NCBI GenBank assembly: GCA_963815865.1
Contig: CAWFIK010000002.1
Span: forward strand, 281,628 to 345,627
Source: an uncultured Acidobacteriota bacterium
Lineage (GTDB): Bacteria > Acidobacteriota > Thermoanaerobaculia > UBA5066 > Gp7-AA6
Length of the DNA: 64,000 nucleotides
Direction: 5' to 3'
In this document: positions 59,803-64,000 of the stretch, piece by piece
How positions within the stretch are numbered: the first letter of the stretch is position 1
Layout: each line of letters starts with the position of its first letter
The notes under the pieces: generated by a model
The model's input: the letters and a program-made list of their open reading frames with translations, nothing else
The model's database searches: none
What the model was told of the DNA's origin: nothing
Position numbers and translations under genes: made by a program

Positions 59803-59970
59803 AGCAGTTGCCTCCCGCGTGTAATGAAGAGCAAGACCAGCGCCAGGTCGCCCTCTGCGGCGCCACAAACAACTCATTCTGAATCAAGCGCTTACGGAGG
59901 CGGCCACGCCTGTCGCCGGGAGCCGATGACCTCTCGAAGGGTCACGGCGTCCCCTCGGAGCGGCGCCCGG

Positions 59971-60904
59971 TCATGCGGCGGCGCCGGGCATGCCGCGCCG
60001 TCTCAGCGCCCGGCTCAAGCCGCGCAGATAGTCCCTCTGCAGGACCCGATCAAGGGCCCGCCTTCCGCCCGGAATCTCCCACCGCTCGCAGAGCGACGCC
60101 CAGCGCGAGAGGAGCCCCCTGCGGACACGCCCCTCCTCCTTGAACTGCAACGCCTGCGGCACCGCGAGGAAATCTCCGAGCTCCGGGTGCTTCTCGAAGA
60201 AGATCGCCGCCGCTTCCCCCGCCTTCTCCTGCCGGCGCCGAAACGACTCGAACGTAATGTCGTGGTAATGCCGCGCCACCGCCTCCGGCCGATAGACGAT
60301 CTTCATTCCCATCCGCATCATCCGGTACGCGATCTCGATGTCCTCCCACGCCGCGTGAGGGAACGTCGTATCGAAGAGGCCGGCGTCGCGCAGGAGCGAG
60401 CGCGGAAGAGAGATGTTCGACGTGTAGAAAAAGTTGAAAGGCACGGACTCCGGGTTCTCGATCAGGCCGTAGCCGAATTGGAGCCCGTACTCGTTGATGT
60501 GGTGGAGGAACGGGGAGACGCGGCGGTCGCTCGGCCACGTCGTGTAGCCGAGAACGGCGACCGGATGCGCGCGCGGCTCCGCGTGCGCGCGGGCGTGCGC
60601 CGCGAGGAGTCCCGGCTCCGGGACCGTGTCGTCCCCCAGAAAGAGAATCGAGCGGCCCCTCGACTCTTCCACGCCGCGGTTGCGGGCGGCCGCGGGCCCG
60701 GAGTTCTTCTGCCGGAAGGAGCGCAGGGGATAAGCCGGGAGAGAGCGCGCGCAGCCGCTCCGGGGTTGAATCGCGGGAGCCATCGTCTACAACGATCACT
60801 TCGAAGTCGGGAGGCTCCGTCTGGCGTTCCAGCGCGTCGAGGACCCGGAGGAGCGTGTCGGGTCGCTCGAACGTCGGGATGACGACGGAGAAGGAGGGCG
60901 TCAA
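59971..60904 (-). CDS. family-2 glycosyltransferase (one apparent indel near 60770)
   Basis: FSVVIPTFERPDTLLRVLDALERQT...EVIVVDDGS is in ORF 60050..60985. The remainder (NSGPAAARNRGVEESRGRSILFLGDD...) is in ORF 59971..60783. TTG start overlaps the upstream stop. Confidence 0.7.
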
Positions 60905-62085
60905 GCGAAGATCTCCGCGAGCGTCGTTCGAACGAGGGCGGGCGCGCGGGACAGGAACTCCCGGAAGAAGTCGGAATCGAAGCACTCGTCGCCCGGATAT
61001 GTCGGGACGAGCCGCAAGGGAAAACGTCCGAAGATCTCGGCGTCCGGCCGGCGGCGCGCCGCCTGAACGGCCCGGCGCCTGGCGGCGAGCGCCGCGTGGT
61101 TTCGATGAATCCAGAGGAGCGCCCGGAGCTGGGCGACCGTCAGGGGATCATCGACGGCGATCCGCTCGCCGGCAACGCTGGCGCCGATGCCGAAGAGCCG
61201 CCGCGCGAAGGAGGCGCGCGACTCCTTCGCCGCGTAGGGGTCACGTCTCAATTCCGCCGCGCCCGGGTTGCGGGAGTCGAGCATCTCCGCGATCCGCGTC
61301 ACGAATGCCGCGAGCACGGCCGGCATGAGGTCGCGGAAGTATTCCGCATCGAAGTTCTTGTAGGCGGTCGCGAAGGCGTTCTTCTCGATGAGGAAGCCGC
61401 GGGAGAAGACACCGAGCGCCTCGCCGGTCGCGCCGCCTCTGTGCCGCGCAACGGCCCGGGGCTCGGCGATGATCCGGCGCCCGAAGATCCACTGGCGCCA
61501 GCCGAAGTCGACGTCCTCGAGGTACGCGAAGTAATCCTCATCGAAGCCCGATTCGAGAAAGACGTCCCGCCGAACGGACATCAGGCCGCCGCACGCGAAC
61601 AGCCGCTCCTCTCCCGGGGCCGATTCCGGGAGCCCCTCGACGGGCCGCCCGACGTCCCGCTGAAAGGCATGTCCGTCGAAGGTCAGAAAACCATCCGAGA
61701 AATCGTTCTTCCGGCCGGAGACGTCCACCAGCCGGCCGGCCGCCGCGACGACGTCCGACGCCGCTCCTGAGAGCGCCGCCGCGAGGTGGCCGAGGGCGTC
61801 GGGGAGGACGGCCGCGTCGTCGTTGACGAAGGCCAGCAGTGGAGCGCGCGCCGCCTCCGCGCCCAGCCGGCAGCCCCCCGCGAAGCCCGCGTTCCTTCCG
61901 GCGACGACGCGCCGCAGGTTCGGGTGCCGGCGGAGCACTTCCTCGAGCGGACCGCCGGCCGTGTTGTCCACGAGGATCGTCTCGAACGACGGACCAGAAG
62001 ACGCGGCCAGTGCGTCGAGCGCCTCGATCAGATGCGCCTGCCCCTTGTGGTGAACGACGATAACCGACAGATCGGGCCGATTCAT
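60901..62085 (-). CDS. family-2 glycosyltransferase
   Basis: MNRPDLSVIVVHHKGQAHLIEALDAL...ILVDNTAG...NAGFAGGCRLG. Start placed at ATG 62085, downstream of the hairpin element. Confidence 0.8.
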   Translation of the reverse strand: MNRPDLSVIVVHHKGQAHLIEALDALAASSGPSFETILVDNTAGGPLEEVLRRHPNLRRVVAGRNAGFAGGCRLGAEAARAPLLAFVNDDAAVLPDALGHLAAALSGAASDVVAAAGRLVDVSGRKNDFSDGFLTFDGHAFQRDVGRPVEGLPESAPGEERLFACGGLMSVRRDVFLESGFDEDYFAYLEDVDFGWRQWIFGRRIIAEPRAVARHRGGATGEALGVFSRGFLIEKNAFATAYKNFDAEYFRDLMPAVLAAFVTRIAEMLDSRNPGAAELRRDPYAAKESRASFARRLFGIGASVAGERIAVDDPLTVAQLRALLWIHRNHAALAARRRAVQAARRRPDAEIFGRFPLRLVPTYPGDECFDSDFFREFLSRAPALVRTTLAEIFA

Positions 62086-62106
62086 TCGCGGGAAGAGTAA
62101 TGCATC

Positions 62107-62189
62107 AGGTGTTGGGTGGTAGGTGGTAGGGAAACGCTCGATCATTCACTTCGGTCCCTACCACCGATCACCTACGACCGACCACCTTC
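62107..62189. repeat. heptamer-built inverted repeat
   Basis: Left arm 62107-62134: aggtgtt gggtggt aggtggt agggaaa. Right arm 62155-62189: tccctac caccgat cacctac gaccgac caccttc. An 11-bp perfect core pairs ggtggtaggga with tccctaccacc. Overlaps the stop at 62168. Confidence 0.7.
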
Positions 62190-63418
62190 TTCCGGAGGCG
62201 TCGCCAGAGAGGTTGCGACTCGCTGGAGGCAAGGGGATTGCGCCCCGGGTCCACGCGCGCTTCCCGGCACCACGCCGCGAGCGGCGCGGCGACCGCGGAC
62301 CAGGCGCGGGCCGCCGCGAAGCGGCGCGCGGCCGCGGCCGCCTTCTGCCGCTCGGCCGAGTCGGTCAGCATCTGCGCGACGGCGTCCGCGAGCCCCGACG
62401 CGGTGCGCGCCACCCGCCGTCCCGCCCCGGCCTCCTCGAGCTGGCGCGCGAGCGGTCCTCCCGCGACGGAGATCGACGGGACGCCTCCCCACGCGGCGTC
62501 GAGCAGCCGCGTGCGGAAAGCAAGATCCCGCTCGAGCCCTTCGGAGGAGATGGAGACGAGCAGGTCCACCGCGGCATAAAGGTCGGCACGCGCGGCATAG
62601 GGAAGCCAGGGAGAGAAGAGAATGGACTTCCCCTGCGGATCGATCCCGCGCGCGCGCTCGCGGGTGCGGGCATAGACGCGCTGCGGCGTCGTCTGCGGAT
62701 TGGGGTTCTCGAAGAAGACGAGCTTCGCGTCGGGAGAGCGGCGCAGAACTCCCGGCCACGCCTCGAGCAGCACATCCGGCTCGTACCAGTCGTAGATCCC
62801 TCCAAACAGCGCGAGCGGACCCTCGGGCGGAGCACCTAATAACCGGCGTCCCGCGGCCCGGTCCCCTGCAGCGAGCTCCGCCGGCACGCCGAACGGCACG
62901 GTCGCCAGGAGTCCCGAAAGCGTCGGGTCCGACGGAAAGTTCGAGGGACCGATGCGGCCTCGCGAGTAGAGCGCGCCGGCATAGAAGAGGCGCTGCTCCG
63001 GGGAGGCGCAGAGAAAGAAATCGGCCCGGTCGAGCGCGAGATCGAGCGTCGCACGGTCGTGCACCGCCGTGCCTTCCCCCAGAGTCGAAGCGTAGTGGAG
63101 GTTCTCGACGAAGAAGGGATCGTACAGGTCCGCCGCGACCGGGACGCCGGGAATCTGGTGGAACCACCAGTTGGCGGCATGGCCGGAGACGACGGCGGCA
63201 TCGGCGTTGACGGCCGCCGCCGCGAGTCCTCCCGGCGGCGCCGCGACGACGGGAAGGTCTCCGGCGGCGCTCGCCGCTTCGGCGACGTCGTTGGCGACGA
63301 GCAGCCGCACGTCGAATTCTCCGCGGAGCGCCCGCGCGAGCTCCAGCGCGCGAATGCCCATTCCCGCCATCCGCGGCCGGATGGGCTCGGGAGCCAGGAC
63401 CACGACCCGGCGCGTCAC
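62168..63418 (-). CDS. GT-B-fold glycosyltransferase (family 1/4-like)
   Basis: Starts VTRRVVVLAPEPIRPRMAGMGIRALELARAL.... C-terminal half has the typical EG...R..LDAAWGGVP region. GTG 63418 chosen as start. Confidence 0.7.
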   Translation of the reverse strand: MTRRVVVLAPEPIRPRMAGMGIRALELARALRGEFDVRLLVANDVAEAASAAGDLPVVAAPPGGLAAAAVNADAAVVSGHAANWWFHQIPGVPVAADLYDPFFVENLHYASTLGEGTAVHDRATLDLALDRADFFLCASPEQRLFYAGALYSRGRIGPSNFPSDPTLSGLLATVPFGVPAELAAGDRAAGRRLLGAPPEGPLALFGGIYDWYEPDVLLEAWPGVLRRSPDAKLVFFENPNPQTTPQRVYARTRERARGIDPQGKSILFSPWLPYAARADLYAAVDLLVSISSEGLERDLAFRTRLLDAAWGGVPSISVAGGPLARQLEEAGAGRRVARTASGLADAVAQMLTDSAERQKAAAAARRFAAARAWSAVAAPLAAWCREARVDPGRNPLASSESQPLWRRLRKKVVGRR

Positions 63419-63431
63419 CGCGTGAAAACGC

Positions 63432-63998
63432 TCACGAGGACCGCCCGCGCAGCCGCTCGAGAAGGAGATGCAGCTTCCAGGTGCGCGAGCGGTAGATCTG
63501 CGAGAGGATCCCGTCGAGGCGCCGGACCTCCGCCTGGGCCTGCGCGATCTGGCGGTGGTATTCCTCGTTGCTCGCGAAGAGCTCCGCGACGCGCCCATGA
63601 ACGAGCTCGTTCTCCGCGAGAAGCCGCTCCCTTTCGGCCTTGAGAGGTCCGACCTCCAGAGCCAACTGCCGCTCGAGTTCCTCCCCCCGCTGCCGCTCGG
63701 CGGAGAGCTCCGCGCCGAGCCGCGCCGCGCCGCGCTCGGTTCGCGCGAGCATCGCGTTCAGGCGCCGGTGGCTCTCGCGCTGATAGCGCAGCTCCCCCTG
63801 CGAGGCGCCGTCCCGCTCGTTGGAGAACGCGATCTGCGCGCGCAGCCGGTCGAAGGCGCGCGCGAGCCCCTCCTCGGTGCGCCGGCCGGCGTAACGCGAA
63901 TAGATCTCGGAGCGGGCCCGCTGGAACGCCGCCTCCCCCGCGGGGACGTGGAGCGGATCTGCGTCCGACCCCTCGAACACGCGGTACTCGCACGTCAC
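63432..63998 (-). CDS. coiled-coil hypothetical protein (5' end may lie beyond the window)
   Basis: 188-aa ORF rich in heptad-like E/R/L/A (ELERQLALEVGPLKAERERLLAENE...). Its GTG start is 2 nt from the window edge. Confidence 0.5.
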   Translation of the reverse strand: MTCEYRVFEGSDADPLHVPAGEAAFQRARSEIYSRYAGRRTEEGLARAFDRLRAQIAFSNERDGASQGELRYQRESHRRLNAMLARTERGAARLGAELSAERQRGEELERQLALEVGPLKAERERLLAENELVHGRVAELFASNEEYHRQIAQAQAEVRRLDGILSQIYRSRTWKLHLLLERLRGRSS

Positions 63999-64000
63999 GG

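Overview
High-GC (roughly 70% by eye) bacterial chromosomal window. About 85% of the genes are on the minus strand, and many neighbours share 4-nt start/stop overlaps (ATGA, GTGA, TTGA). The gene content includes four Hanks-type Ser/Thr kinases, PEGA and TPR proteins, and several PP2C phosphatases. This is reminiscent of Acidobacteriota-like lineages, but that is weak inference only. Recognisable housekeeping genes are efp, gcvT-gcvH-gcvPA-gcvPB, selD, glpD, tmk, holB and tRNA-Ala(CGC).

Main observations:
1. Two genes use in-frame UGA as selenocysteine, and the ORF track truncates or splits both: selD itself and a peroxiredoxin.
2. The tRNA-Ala gene is the last unit of a 3x tandem array whose first two tRNA copies lack the 3' acceptor strand. 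Each unit carries a hairpin conserved through compensatory changes.
3. Directly after the tRNA lies a ~4.3-kb lower-GC island. It holds an atypical kinase with a zinc ribbon, zinc-ribbon protein(s) and a decayed BamHI-family R-M pair.
4. A 7.4-kb gene encodes one kinase domain plus five tandem (TolB-N-like + TPR) modules.
5. A DhaL/Dak2 half is fused to a DegV domain.
6. A GAF-sigma54 activator sits next to a good -24/-12 promoter, a 52-codon ORF and an RsbW/STAS/GAF-PP2C partner-switching triad.
7. There are intergenic hairpins whose arms are tandem heptamers, a REP-like element, and a 463-bp ORF-free structured gap.

Caveat: I traced more than 50 frame disruptions by hand. They cluster in two ~4-kb blocks (about 9.6-13.6 kb and 44.6-49.0 kb) and in the island, and the block borders cut through genes. 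This looks more like consensus/assembly error than biology, so all pseudogene calls are provisional. The many long antisense ORFs in the track are GC artefacts. I found no CRISPR array, integrase or transposase.
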